DNA of 64,000 bases, taken from Candidatus Woesebacteria bacterium (GTDB lineage: Bacteria > Patescibacteriota > Microgenomatia > UBA1400 > PJMF01). The notes beneath the pieces were generated by a model. That model saw only the letters and a program-made list of their open reading frames with translations, ran no database searches and had not been told where the DNA came from. The first letter of the stretch is position 1, and every line of letters starts with the position of its first letter. Positions 47,079 through 57,337 of this stretch are shown here, piece by piece. The stretch lies in the NCBI GenBank assembly GCA_050123235.1, contig JASFHL010000001.1:20651-84650 (forward strand). Reading direction: 5' to 3'. The translations under genes and the position numbers were made by a program.

Positions 47079-47600
47079 ATGAAAATTGGCATTTTTTCAG
47101 ATTCTCACGATAATATTGAAAATTTAAACAAAGCTGATGCTGTTTTTCAGGAGAATGAAATCAAGCAAGCATTCTTCTGTGGTGACCTAGTTTCTCCTTT
47201 TGTATTAAAGTTTATCAAGGATTGGCCTTTTCCCATTAAAGCAGTTTTTGGCAATAATGAAGGTGACCATTGGGGGATTGCTGGTAGGTTAAAAAAGTAT
47301 TCAATTACTAATATTGAATATCCAGCTAGAGGAATTTTTTGGGAAGAAAAGTTTGCGGGTATCAAAATTGCTGTTTTTCATGGTGATAGTCAAGAAATAA
47401 CAAAGAATTTAATAGATTCTGGCAACTATGATTTAGTTCTAACTGGTCACACTCACGAGCCGCATATCAAGAAAATAGAAAATACCACCTGGATTAATCC
47501 TGGTTCAGTGGCTGGTGTTTCAGAGAATCCAGATATTAAGGCAGGCACGATTGCGATTTATGATCTTAAAACAAAACAAGGGAAAATTATAGAGTTATGA
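47079..47600 (+). CDS. YfcE/MJ0936-family metallophosphoesterase
   Basis: SDSHDN, CGDL, FGNNE, FHG, GHTHEP, INPGS. Confidence 0.93.
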   Translation: MKIGIFSDSHDNIENLNKADAVFQENEIKQAFFCGDLVSPFVLKFIKDWPFPIKAVFGNNEGDHWGIAGRLKKYSITNIEYPARGIFWEEKFAGIKIAVFHGDSQEITKNLIDSGNYDLVLTGHTHEPHIKKIENTTWINPGSVAGVSENPDIKAGTIAIYDLKTKQGKIIEL

Positions 47601-47603
47601 AAC

Positions 47604-48230
47604 ATGTCTACAAAAAACCTCAAAGCCACTATTAATTGGTATGATGAACATGCTGATGATTATTCTACAAAAGTTAAATCAAAGATTAATTTAGATGAGA
47701 TCAAACAACTTCTTAATTATTTGCCAAAAAATGCTAAAGTTTTAGATGCCGGTTGCGCGGCTGGCAGAGATAGTAAAGTTTTAAAAGATTTGGGTTGTGA
47801 AGTGACGGGGATTGATTTATCTAAAGAATTATTAAAAATAGCGAAAAAGGAAAATCCAGGTATTAAATTTGTTAAAGCTGATTTTTTAGATTTGCCATTT
47901 AAAGATAAGAGTTTTGATGGAATTTGGGCGAGTTCTTCTCTGGTGCATTTGGAAATAAAAGAACAGTTCAAAAAAGCTTTAAAAGAATTTAAACGAGTAT
48001 TAAAAAAAGAAGGAATTTTATATTTTAGTGTTCAAAGTCGGGTGGGAGAGAAAAAAGCTGGCTGGGTAAAGGATGCTCATTCTAAAGAAGGACGTTTTTT
48101 TCAATTTTTTAATATGGCAGTTCTCAGAAAAATAGTTGAAGAATTGAATTTTGAAATAGTAAAATTTTTTATAAGAAAATCTTCACGACAAGATATTGTT
48201 TGGCATGTTGTTTATGCTAGAAAAAGTTAG
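47604..48230 (+). CDS. Class I SAM-dependent methyltransferase
   Basis: VLDAGCAAGRD, GIDLS, FDGIWASSSLVHL, RVLKKEG. Confidence 0.93.
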   Translation: MSTKNLKATINWYDEHADDYSTKVKSKINLDEIKQLLNYLPKNAKVLDAGCAAGRDSKVLKDLGCEVTGIDLSKELLKIAKKENPGIKFVKADFLDLPFKDKSFDGIWASSSLVHLEIKEQFKKALKEFKRVLKKEGILYFSVQSRVGEKKAGWVKDAHSKEGRFFQFFNMAVLRKIVEELNFEIVKFFIRKSSRQDIVWHVVYARKS

Positions 48231-48236
48231 ATAGGT

Positions 48237-48932
48237 TCAAATCTCCTCTACCAAACCATCAAAACTCACCTTGAAATTATAGTAATAGGCACGCTCGCTA
48301 AAAGCAGTGAGGCCTACCTTCCAGTATCGCCATTCATGATCAATGGTGGCACTGAGCCCCTGGACGGTTTTATCTGCTGCCACTTCGTGAAAAGCAGCCA
48401 CAGCTAAAGTGACTGCTGTCTGCATGTTGATTGGTGGTGGGAAAAACTGTTTGATTTCAGCTGGTTGTTGACTTAAGCTCAGTTTTTTTTGGCTGATATC
48501 ACTGTCAAGAAGAGACTGTTGTTTAATTTGGATTTGTTCTTTGCTCTGTGGACTATAGAAAAAACACCTGATGGTCGGTTCTTGATCTGGATTTTCATAA
48601 TTAGGGAAAGAAATCTCCAATTTGGTCAATTGGGCATCAGGTCTTAGCCCAGTAGCTAGGTCTTGGCAGCTTAAATGATATTGTTTTTCAATCCTATCTA
48701 AGAAAGATAAATCTACTTGAATTAGTGGTAGTTTTTGTAAATCATATTGTTTTTTAAAGTTTTTGTCTCTAAGTTCATAATCAGTATGCGAGCTCATGAG
48801 TTCATCTGAACTTTCAATAGGAACTGCTTGTTCATTGGCAAGGGGAGAGCTTGGCTGCGTGTGATGAGTATAAAAATAAATAGCTAGTAAGATGAGCAAA
48901 ATAGTGGCCAAAATGAATAAAAGGCGGTTCAT
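48237..48932 (-). CDS. Membrane-anchored hypothetical protein (one PepSY-like repeat)
   Basis: N-terminal TM; FPPPINMQTAVTLAVAAF...WKV...VSFDG resembles the repeats of the upstream gene. Confidence 0.6.
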   Translation of the reverse strand: MNRLLFILATILLILLAIYFYTHHTQPSSPLANEQAVPIESSDELMSSHTDYELRDKNFKKQYDLQKLPLIQVDLSFLDRIEKQYHLSCQDLATGLRPDAQLTKLEISFPNYENPDQEPTIRCFFYSPQSKEQIQIKQQSLLDSDISQKKLSLSQQPAEIKQFFPPPINMQTAVTLAVAAFHEVAADKTVQGLSATIDHEWRYWKVGLTAFSERAYYYNFKVSFDGLVEEI

Positions 48933-50176
48933 AGCTTTAGTTTTTTAATCTGTCCTGCAAAGTCAACATAATAGTAGTAATATTGATACTCCTTTTTGTC
49001 AGTCTCAGCATTCTTACTCACGGCACTGATATTAATTGACCACTCTCGCTTATCCTCCTCAATGCTGATACTAAATGAGCTGAGTTCTTGTTCGGCTAGC
49101 TTATCTTTTTCAAATTCAGCTACTGCTAATTTGACTGCCTCAATCATTCTTAAATTAGGAGGGAAATTCTCTAAGACAACTTTTTCGTCATATTTCCCTA
49201 AAGCTTTGAGTTCAGTTTCAGGTCGATACAAGGTATTACTTTGAGTATAAGAAAAGATTTCATCTTGCTCGTCATCAAAAAATTGGTAATTAATATAAGG
49301 TTGAGTGTCACTGAGATTGCTAATACTGAAATAAAATCGCCTTAATTGTGCTTGTTCTGACCAATTTTTAGCTGCTTTCCAAGCTGAGTCTAGATATAAA
49401 GTTTCAGCATTTTGATAAAATTTAAATAACTCCTCAAGAGTGATGGGTTTAGCAGTAATGCTTTGACAATAAACTTCTCTGTTAAAGTAGACAGAACAAG
49501 GAACAAAAAAAGAGTCAGCTGCTGTTTTGACTTTCAGATGTATTGACCAAGGCTCATCAGGTTTTAAGGTAATGCCAAAAGAAGTAACTATTTGTTCATC
49601 AGTTTTTTGGCTAGTAAATTCTTTGATGGCCAAATCAATGGCTTCCTCAGCGCTGACTGCTGGTGGCCAAGGTTCAATTTTTCCTTCCAAAGAATATGAA
49701 TTGTTGATGGTACTAGTTTTTTCTACTCGAACGCTGGGGTGGCTGTATTTGAAAATTTTTTCTTTATCAATTGAACAGAATCGGTATTCTACATCAGGGG
49801 TGAGATCATCCATCTTTTGAACACTACTTCTAAAGTAGCAGATTGAGGCATTAGCAGCCCAAGTTTGAGCTTTAGGCAAAGCGCGGTCAAAAAAGTATTT
49901 GCTTTCAATGCCTTTCATCATGGGATACTGAGTGATAATTTCAGGAGTAGGACTAGGAATAGTTGTAGATACATCACTATCTTTGGTGACTAAACTTAGA
50001 TTTTTAAGTTTTGGCCAGATAAGCGCCGCTGAGACCACTATGATTGACAAAAGCAGAACAATGAGAATGATAATTTTCAAAACTCGAGGAGAGATTTTAT
50101 TTTCATTTTTGGCTCCACAGTGGGGACAAAAGTTACTAGTAAAAAAAACTATAGCACCGCATTTTTTACAAAACAT
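48929..50176 (-). CDS. Zinc-ribbon membrane protein with two extracellular repeats
   Basis: MFCKKCG...NFCPHCG, TM, duplicated unit (WPPAVSAEEAIDLAIKEF / FPPNLRMIEAVKLAVAEF). Confidence 0.75.
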   Translation of the reverse strand: MFCKKCGAIVFFTSNFCPHCGAKNENKISPRVLKIIILIVLLLSIIVVSAALIWPKLKNLSLVTKDSDVSTTIPSPTPEIITQYPMMKGIESKYFFDRALPKAQTWAANASICYFRSSVQKMDDLTPDVEYRFCSIDKEKIFKYSHPSVRVEKTSTINNSYSLEGKIEPWPPAVSAEEAIDLAIKEFTSQKTDEQIVTSFGITLKPDEPWSIHLKVKTAADSFFVPCSVYFNREVYCQSITAKPITLEELFKFYQNAETLYLDSAWKAAKNWSEQAQLRRFYFSISNLSDTQPYINYQFFDDEQDEIFSYTQSNTLYRPETELKALGKYDEKVVLENFPPNLRMIEAVKLAVAEFEKDKLAEQELSSFSISIEEDKREWSINISAVSKNAETDKKEYQYYYYYVDFAGQIKKLKL

Positions 50177-50323
50177 ACTTTATTGTGGCAAATTGGGCGG
50201 TGCTTGGCAAGCAGTGATAGGCTTGTTAGTGGAAAAGGTTTATTTTACTTCATAATAAATGATAGAATAAATGTATAGAGTCTGAGCAGAAAAAGTTTGA
50301 TTCCATCCACATAGGCTTTTCTT

Positions 50324-50911
50324 ATGTTAAAAGAATTTATAAGCCGCTTAGAACAGCTCCCACGAGCAGAAAGAGCTGAGCAAGAATTAGTAGAAATGAT
50401 AAGGGTTTTTCATCTGCTGCTTAATTATTTGAAAAATAGAAGTTCTTTCCCAAATAAAGAAATTAATAAAATTGCCAAATTAATGGGTCGTCTAATTGAT
50501 GACGGTCATATTCCTATTGTATTAGAGCCAAATATTCCTTCTATAGCCTTTTTGCTTGTAGCTAGTGGAGTAGAACTAAGACCACACTTATTATTGCCTC
50601 GTAATTTTATTTATTTAACAGGTTTAGCACCTGAAGTTCAATTAGGAATATTAGCATATGCTGCTAGTCAGTGTCGAGATTTTTTCTGTAATAAGATTAG
50701 AAGAGATAATAGTGAAGAAGTTAATAGAAGAGCACGAGCCTGGGAGGCGGAAGCATTAATTACCTTGAAACGATTAGCTGATCAAGAAAGGGTAATTTTA
50801 AGACTCTTGCCTTTTCAAGAACAAATGATAGATACTTTTCCTAATGGTCTAAAAAGTTTAGAGCGAAGATTGCGTTATAACACTCCTCCATACAGAAGGA
50901 TTTATGGATGA
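50324..50911 (+). CDS. Hypothetical protein
   Basis: 195-aa ORF filling the region; no motif recognised. Confidence 0.6.
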   Translation: MLKEFISRLEQLPRAERAEQELVEMIRVFHLLLNYLKNRSSFPNKEINKIAKLMGRLIDDGHIPIVLEPNIPSIAFLLVASGVELRPHLLLPRNFIYLTGLAPEVQLGILAYAASQCRDFFCNKIRRDNSEEVNRRARAWEAEALITLKRLADQERVILRLLPFQEQMIDTFPNGLKSLERRLRYNTPPYRRIYG

Positions 50912-51012
50912 TGATTAATTTGTTTTGATATTAAATAATTGTAATAATTTGATACTAATGATATTATTGTGATATTTTCTTAAAAGAAACTACTCCTATT
51001 ATTCGAGATGCA

Positions 51013-51777
51013 ATGACAGGAGCTCTAACTCCTTACGGAGAATCATTAATTCTCTCGCTTGGTTCAGTCAAGGGTAGGATTTCAATTGATTGGAAAAATA
51101 TGCATGGCGACTATCAAAGATTTGGTGGTCGAGTTTTGGAGAGGGAACTCAGGAGAATTGCTTACTTTTTGATGAGTATTTTTGACAATCAGCGAGTAGC
51201 AGTAACTTATATAAGTGGAGATACTTTTGTTATTTCGTCCACACATTTAACTGATGAACAACTACTTAATATATTGAGAGCATATCAAGAAAGTTTGGAA
51301 AGTCTTGGCCATCTAGTCTGTGTTGCAGGTTTTCCTGATGAGCTAACAGCAGAGGTTTTTGATTATTGGCAACAACATCCCGAAAATAGATTTAATAGGG
51401 TTGAGTTGGCGAGTCAAAGTGTTTGCGTAATTGATATTCGTCATTTGAGAAAAATTACTGAAGAGGGGACCATGGAAGTAATTGAACCGTTACTAACTAA
51501 TTTTTTAGGTCAGCTTCAAGCTAGTTTTTTTCAGGATAAGGTTTTTAGAACTAGATGTGATGAGTTTTGGATTTTTTCAGAAAAACAGCCAAGTCAACTT
51601 GCTCAATTCATGGAAAGATTTGCTAGTGATTATGCTGGTCCATTAGAGTTTGATTGGGGACTTGGGCTTAATTTAGATGCAGCTGATACAGATCTAACAA
51701 AAAAGAAAAGTAAGCTTGAACCTGCAATAAGGGTTCAAGATCCTAATAAAGATCTACATACTTTTCATAGACCTTAG
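51013..51777 (+). CDS. Protein with two degenerate GGDEF/palm-like domains
   Basis: SIDWKNMH...FG...YISGDTFVI and VIDIRHLRKI...FRTRCDEFWI. Confidence 0.55.
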   Translation: MTGALTPYGESLILSLGSVKGRISIDWKNMHGDYQRFGGRVLERELRRIAYFLMSIFDNQRVAVTYISGDTFVISSTHLTDEQLLNILRAYQESLESLGHLVCVAGFPDELTAEVFDYWQQHPENRFNRVELASQSVCVIDIRHLRKITEEGTMEVIEPLLTNFLGQLQASFFQDKVFRTRCDEFWIFSEKQPSQLAQFMERFASDYAGPLEFDWGLGLNLDAADTDLTKKKSKLEPAIRVQDPNKDLHTFHRP

Positions 51778-51826
51778 TGTTTTTTATATTCTCATTAGGA
51801 AAAATGGTTTTGCTATAATACTCAAT

Positions 51827-52258
51827 ATGATTTCAAGAGATTTTGAACCAGGTAGAGCTCCTGATAAAGAGCAAGTTGAACCGCCCTTAATTAATGATTC
51901 CAGAACTTTGCGAGGATTTTTGACATCCGAGAGTAAAGGGCAATCGTTTAGAGTAAATAATCCGCAAAACAATTTTCCTGCTTTACCATATTTTGGTCCC
52001 GCTTCAAACAATCCTTATGGAGTTTTTGATAAAAGCAGACCACAAAGCAGGATAGCGCTAGGTACTTATCAAGTGCTTGCGATAGCGGTGAAACTGCCAG
52101 TAGCTGTTGCTAATGAATCAGATCCTAGACCAGATCACATAATTATGATGGATAACACGGACACTTATGTAGTGATAGAAACAACTAGACCGGTAAGAGA
52201 TGGAGGAGGAGTAAAATATCGTAGCTTGAGATACGCTCTTCCGCGCAGTAAACTTTAG
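51827..52258 (+). CDS. Hypothetical protein
   Basis: 143-aa ORF, TGnTATAAT 7 nt before ATG. Confidence 0.55.
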   Translation: MISRDFEPGRAPDKEQVEPPLINDSRTLRGFLTSESKGQSFRVNNPQNNFPALPYFGPASNNPYGVFDKSRPQSRIALGTYQVLAIAVKLPVAVANESDPRPDHIIMMDNTDTYVVIETTRPVRDGGGVKYRSLRYALPRSKL

Positions 52259-52354
52259 GAGGCAGAGTAGTTTTTTTCCTAAAAGTTTTGTGTTATAGCT
52301 AACGCAGGAATTTGCACAGTTTTAGCTATATAATTTTTTTGAAATTCAATATTT

Positions 52355-53488
52355 ATGAACGAAACAAACCCTACTATTGAATCTGCAGAAGAATCTCCAG
52401 AAACTCCCAAAAAACTCTATTGGCTGTCAGGTGCTTTAGAAAGCCAACAGGCTGGTGGGCAAATAAAAGGTTCTTTAGGGAAGAAACATGGTCAAGGCAA
52501 CTATGAATTCGTTCATTCTATGATTTCAGGTGATAAAACTAGTGTTGAGCGCTACCAGAGATTAAAGGCTGACATTGTAGAGCAAATTGAAAAGGGCAAA
52601 GAGGTAATCATAGTAGCTCATTCTTTTGGCGCGCAGGAACTCTATGAGTTGATTAAAGAATTGGAAAAAGATCCTGAAAACGAAAAATATTTTGAAAAGA
52701 TTACTATTGTTTTGCTTTCGCCATATGGAGTGATAGAAGGCTGGTTGCAATTACCCCGCTTGTTACAGGTACTTAATTTGTTTACTTCATTAACACCGTT
52801 GGGCCCATTTGCCCGTTTTAGATATAGTTTGGAATCATTTAATTTTTTCCCAGCTGAGAATATGACGAATGATGAATTAGAAGTAATACTTAGAGAATTT
52901 TTTCCTGAAAAGTCACGCTATTTACCCTACGAACAAAAAAATACTACTGCTGTGACAAGTATGCTTGCTGAAGAAGGTTTTTTCATGACTTTAGATGAGG
53001 GAAGTCAAAGCGAAATCAGAGATAAAGTGAGAACGATTGATGAGAAAATCAAGATATGTGGCAATCGTAAAGCAAGTAGAGTAAATAAATTAATCTTAAG
53101 AAATTTACTTCGTCGAAGAAGTTTAGCCATCAAAGACGCGGTTGCTGAAGCTTATACTGGCGGTGAAGAAGAGCCAACACAATCAATGATAGAGATGTAC
53201 AAAGTCATGGCTCAAGCAGGATTGGGTATTGCTAGTCTATTAAAGAAAATGATGACAGGAGAAGTAACAAGCGCTTTGAGGAGAGTGAGAGAGAAAGGTG
53301 CTACTATCAAAGCAGTGATGCCAGAATATGATGTTATTTATTCTGTTAAAGAATTTATGGAGCTGTTACAAATTGATGAAGAGGAGGCCCTAGAATTAAT
53401 AGCTTTCTTAACTGCAGCAACTCATTCTTCTTTTGTAATTAATGCTGCTGGAGTAGTTGAGGCAGTGGCTGAGTTGGTAGGAGATTGA
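52355..53488 (+). CDS. Alpha/beta-hydrolase fold protein
   Basis: IIVAHSFGA nucleophile elbow, IVLLSP, later YDVI and ATHSS as possible Asp/His. Confidence 0.65.
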   Translation: MNETNPTIESAEESPETPKKLYWLSGALESQQAGGQIKGSLGKKHGQGNYEFVHSMISGDKTSVERYQRLKADIVEQIEKGKEVIIVAHSFGAQELYELIKELEKDPENEKYFEKITIVLLSPYGVIEGWLQLPRLLQVLNLFTSLTPLGPFARFRYSLESFNFFPAENMTNDELEVILREFFPEKSRYLPYEQKNTTAVTSMLAEEGFFMTLDEGSQSEIRDKVRTIDEKIKICGNRKASRVNKLILRNLLRRRSLAIKDAVAEAYTGGEEEPTQSMIEMYKVMAQAGLGIASLLKKMMTGEVTSALRRVREKGATIKAVMPEYDVIYSVKEFMELLQIDEEEALELIAFLTAATHSSFVINAAGVVEAVAELVGD

Positions 53489-53494
53489 TATCAT

Positions 53495-54580
53495 CTAAAA
53501 GCAAACAAAAGCTTTTAATTTTTCCAATTGTAAACGTTGCCCTGTCATTTGACTAAGATTTTTGATACGGCTTTGGCGTCGTCTTTGAATAATTTTTTTA
53601 GCAGCCACTGGTCCAATACCTGGTACCCTTAACAGGGTCCAATAATCAGCTTTATTTAAATTTACTGGAAAAAACTGAGGGTGATTTTTGGCCCAGAGCA
53701 TTTTAGGATCAGTTAGTTCTGATAAAAGCCCCTCTTTATTTAAAGGAATATCATAGGGTCTAAAACGATAGAAACGCATCAAAAAATCTGCCTGGTAAAG
53801 ACGATGCTGTCTAGTTAGAGAAGTAGCTTTTCTTCCAGCTAAGGGCGTATCTTTAATTGGCCTAAAGGCAGAGTAAAAAACTCTGCTCAGTCCAAAGTTT
53901 TTATAAAGAAAATGAGTATTGCGGATAATATCTTTGTCATTTTCACTGGCAGCGCCGACCACAAATTGGCTAGTAAGACTAGCTGCTCTTTTGCCAGCAT
54001 AACGCAGTTTTTTGATTTCTTCTTTAATAAGAGATAAGCTTCGATAAATATCTGATCGTAGTTTTTTGTCAGGAGCTAGTTCTGCTAAACTTTGCTCTGT
54101 AGCTGACTCAATATTCAAGGATAAACGATTACTCAATTTGATCGCTTCTTGAATGCTACCATTAGAAGATCCTGGCATGATTTTCAGATGCACATAACCT
54201 CGATATTGGTATTTTTTTCTCAAGATGGTGACGGTATCTAGCATTTTTCCCATAGTCTGATCAGGGCTATTCACTAAACCTGACGAAAGAAAAAGTCCGT
54301 CAACCAGTTTTCTGCTATGGGCTGAATCAAAGGCTTTAGCCATTTCGTCAGGGCTGGTGATTGTGCGTTGGCAACTACGATCACGCCTGAAGGCGCAATA
54401 GAGACAGTTATTGTGGCAGGCGTTAGTTTGTAAGACTTTAAACAAACGACAAACATGATTACCAGCTACTTTAGCGTGATAAACACCAGGAATCTTAGTA
54501 GTTTGACCAAAATCTCTAGGTCCACAAGTATCGTATTGAGCAGCCGGACCAAGAATAGATATTTTTTGATAGAGATCCAT
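53495..54580 (-). CDS. Putative DNA modification/repair radical SAM protein with HhH domain
   Basis: TNACHNNCLYC, GLFLSSG, YVHLKIMPG, RQHRLYQADFLMRFY, LLRVPGIG. Confidence 0.92.
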   Translation of the reverse strand: MDLYQKISILGPAAQYDTCGPRDFGQTTKIPGVYHAKVAGNHVCRLFKVLQTNACHNNCLYCAFRRDRSCQRTITSPDEMAKAFDSAHSRKLVDGLFLSSGLVNSPDQTMGKMLDTVTILRKKYQYRGYVHLKIMPGSSNGSIQEAIKLSNRLSLNIESATEQSLAELAPDKKLRSDIYRSLSLIKEEIKKLRYAGKRAASLTSQFVVGAASENDKDIIRNTHFLYKNFGLSRVFYSAFRPIKDTPLAGRKATSLTRQHRLYQADFLMRFYRFRPYDIPLNKEGLLSELTDPKMLWAKNHPQFFPVNLNKADYWTLLRVPGIGPVAAKKIIQRRRQSRIKNLSQMTGQRLQLEKLKAFVCF

Positions 54581-54653
54581 AAGTTGATGCTATTAGAAAA
54601 AAACCCGAATTGTCAATGACTTGTTTTGGTTAAAGTTGGGGTATAATTTAGCT

Positions 54654-55598
54654 ATGATTCGGGAACGAATAGGTCAAGCTAGGGCAACTAGCCCAGAAGG
54701 AGAATTTAAGCTAGAAGATTTATGTTACATGGCTAGAGAACTCGACTCAGTAGTCTGGACTGCAAAAGACTTTCCTAGACAGCATAGGCCTGATGTTAGA
54801 GCATTAGTACCAGGGATTAGAATAAGAGATTTTGATCGGCTGGGCTCTCCTCTTGAACTTCATCCTAGGATAAAGAAACAATTTAAAATGAATACATTGA
54901 GAACTCTTAAAGCTTCAAGCGCTGTTTTTGTTTTCAAGAAGATCGCTTATTATGATCCTCAAACAAGGCAAATATTCATCCGGCCAATGGCATTATCATT
55001 TCAAAAACAGAGACTGCAAAGGATTCTTGCTCATGAGTTCTCAGCTGATAATAGCGACAGACTAATGATTATTCAGCCCGGGAATTATACTGATTTTCAA
55101 AGAAAAAAAATTCGGCCCCTTTTAGAAATTCTATTTACCAAAAAACATCGTCCGAGAATGGCTCAAACCCATATTGAAAAAACAGGCTATCGAGAAACAT
55201 TATTTCAAGGTCAATTTGCAATTAGTGATATTTATCCAAGGGAAGTAATTGAGTTGTCAGAAATTTATCATTGCTTGATGGAGTTGATTAGCATGCAGCT
55301 TTTTCAACGAAATGGAGATGTAAAGGCTTTCGATCTTGATATCCAGAGTGGACGGTTGCAGTCACTAGGAGTAATGGAGTATCCTCGTTTTGAGGATATT
55401 GCTTACAAGGCTTTCAGAGTTATAAACTGGAGAACATTATTAGATGCATTTAAAACTGAGGATATTTTTGAAACACTGGCAATACTAGAGACTAGCTCTT
55501 CAAGGTATGGCAAGGGTGTTTGTAATGAGTTGATAAGGGCTAGTAGGCTTGATGAAGGAAATGTATTAGCTCAAAATAAGATGTTTTTTGATTTGTGA
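54654..55598 (+). CDS. Hypothetical protein (partial zincin-like HE motif)
   Basis: AYYDP...IFI...RILAHEF; TATAAT 6 nt before ATG 54654. Confidence 0.55.
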   Translation: MIRERIGQARATSPEGEFKLEDLCYMARELDSVVWTAKDFPRQHRPDVRALVPGIRIRDFDRLGSPLELHPRIKKQFKMNTLRTLKASSAVFVFKKIAYYDPQTRQIFIRPMALSFQKQRLQRILAHEFSADNSDRLMIIQPGNYTDFQRKKIRPLLEILFTKKHRPRMAQTHIEKTGYRETLFQGQFAISDIYPREVIELSEIYHCLMELISMQLFQRNGDVKAFDLDIQSGRLQSLGVMEYPRFEDIAYKAFRVINWRTLLDAFKTEDIFETLAILETSSSRYGKGVCNELIRASRLDEGNVLAQNKMFFDL

Positions 55599-55622
55599 AA
55601 TTTTTTGATTTAATTATTAATT

Positions 55623-56072
55623 ATGAAAAATGAAACTCAGTCCGGAAATATTCTAAGTCATGGTCTAGATAAATGTATTTTAGGTTTTTCATCTGGTTTT
55701 ATATTTTTACTTTCTAGAACTGAAACTGAGATATCAAATCTAGTAGCAAGGTTAGTGGGAGGACATTATCATCGAAGTATTATTGAGCATGGTTTAACTG
55801 CTTTTTGTATGGGATTATTGGCTAATGGCCTATGTGAATTTTTTATTATAGAGTCAGATTCTGATGAAGAGTATCAAGAGTTTTCTCGACGAAAATTGTC
55901 TTTTATTATTGTTTTTGTTTATATTGTTTTATTATTGACAGTAGAACTTTGTCAAACAGTCAAATTAAGTCGGGAATTTCAATGGGAGCAATTAGGAGGC
56001 ACAGGGGTAGGTTTAGCTTCATCTTTATTTGCGATAGCTTTATTAGAATTATTACGAAATAGTGGTAAATAA
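55623..56072 (+). CDS. Hypothetical multi-pass membrane protein (VanZ-like?)
   Basis: Several hydrophobic helices; IIEH, VELCQ..R.F.W.QL pattern. Confidence 0.55.
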   Translation: MKNETQSGNILSHGLDKCILGFSSGFIFLLSRTETEISNLVARLVGGHYHRSIIEHGLTAFCMGLLANGLCEFFIIESDSDEEYQEFSRRKLSFIIVFVYIVLLLTVELCQTVKLSREFQWEQLGGTGVGLASSLFAIALLELLRNSGK

Positions 56073-56078
56073 AAAGAT

Positions 56079-56858
56079 ATGAAAAAATTCAGAAAATATG
56101 GAACCAAGCCTTTTAAGCTAGCACTGCTTCATGGCGGTCCAGGAGCTGCCGGAGAAATGGCTGCAGTGGCCAAGGAGCTATCTAAAGAGCATGCTGTTTT
56201 AGAACCATTGCAAAGCAAAACTAGCATCCAGGGTCAAGTTGAAGAACTAAAAGCTATTTTGCAGACAAACGCTGACTTGCCTGTCACATTGATTGGCTAT
56301 TCTTGGGGAGCTTGGCTAGCTTTTATTTTCGCAGCTCAATATCCTAAATTTGTTAAAAAATTAATTTTGCTAGGCAGTGGGGCGTTTGAGGAAAAATATG
56401 CCAAAGATATTATGAAAGTTCGCTTGGCCCGTTTGAGCAAAGCAGAGAGGAAAGAAGTAGATTCTTTGTCTAAAGATTTAGAAAGGGCGGAGCCAGAGCA
56501 AAAAAATGCAATTTTTGCTCAATTTGGTAAATTAATGACTAAGGCAGATTCATATAATCCTTTGCCTGATAAAAATAAATCGATTAATTGTCGCTATGAT
56601 ATTTATGAAAAAGTTTGGCCAGAAGCGGCAGAGTTAAGAAGGACTGGTAAGTTATTGAAGCTGGGCAAAAAGATCCAGTGCCCAGTGGTAGCAATTCATG
56701 GCGATTATGAACCACATTTACCTGAAGGGGTGAGAGTTCCTTTAGCTAAAGTTTTAAAAGATTTTAAATTTATCCTTTTAAAAAAATGCGGACATACAGT
56801 CTGGCTCGAGAAAGAAGCAAGAGCTAAGTTTTATGCTTTGCTGAAAAAAGAACTATGA
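56079..56858 (+). CDS. Alpha/beta hydrolase
   Basis: LLHGGPG, IGYSWGA, IHGDYE, CGHTVWLE. Confidence 0.92.
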   Translation: MKKFRKYGTKPFKLALLHGGPGAAGEMAAVAKELSKEHAVLEPLQSKTSIQGQVEELKAILQTNADLPVTLIGYSWGAWLAFIFAAQYPKFVKKLILLGSGAFEEKYAKDIMKVRLARLSKAERKEVDSLSKDLERAEPEQKNAIFAQFGKLMTKADSYNPLPDKNKSINCRYDIYEKVWPEAAELRRTGKLLKLGKKIQCPVVAIHGDYEPHLPEGVRVPLAKVLKDFKFILLKKCGHTVWLEKEARAKFYALLKKEL

Positions 56859-56940
56859 TTTCTTTGATCCATAGCTAAGATTTTAGCCTGGGAGGCTGCT
56901 AATAGCCCTTATATTCAAAGGCCGTTTAAGAACGCAACTA

Positions 56941-56968
56941 AAAAGCTCCCGGATGAACCAGGAGCTTT
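56941..56968 (-). terminator. Terminator after the RRM gene
   Basis: aaagctcc-cgg..cc-aggagcttt hairpin between convergent genes. Confidence 0.6.
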
Positions 56969-56986
56969 CTTAATTTTAAGATAATT

Positions 56987-57337
56987 TTATCTTGAATAAT
57001 TATCTCTTCTGGGCCTGAAGTCTCTTCTTGGACCTCTTGGACCTCTGGAATCTCTAGGAGCTTGAGGTCGAGCAATGTTAACAATTAACTCTCTTCCTTC
57101 AACTTCCATGCCATTGCTAGCCTCCTCAGCTGCTTTAGCATCTTTTTCCTCTTTAAATTCAACAAAAGCAAAACCTCTAGATCTACCAGTTGCTCGGTCA
57201 ATGATGAGTTTAACTGAAGCTAATTCACCATATTCACTGAACATATTTGTGAGTTCATCCTCGCCTAAGCTAAAGGGTAGGTTACCTACAAAAAGTTTGC
57301 TTTTATTTTGTTGTGCTGTGTCACTTGGACTGAACAT
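56987..57337 (-). CDS. RRM RNA-binding protein
   Basis: RNP2 LFVGNL, RNP1 RGFAFVEF, Arg-rich tail. Confidence 0.95.
   Translation of the reverse strand: MFSPSDTAQQNKSKLFVGNLPFSLGEDELTNMFSEYGELASVKLIIDRATGRSRGFAFVEFKEEKDAKAAEEASNGMEVEGRELIVNIARPQAPRDSRGPRGPRRDFRPRRDNYSR

Noticed and set aside
48232-48243. taggttcaaatc as a further array repeat
   Set aside because: Only about 9-10 nt match; could be chance at a convergent gene junction
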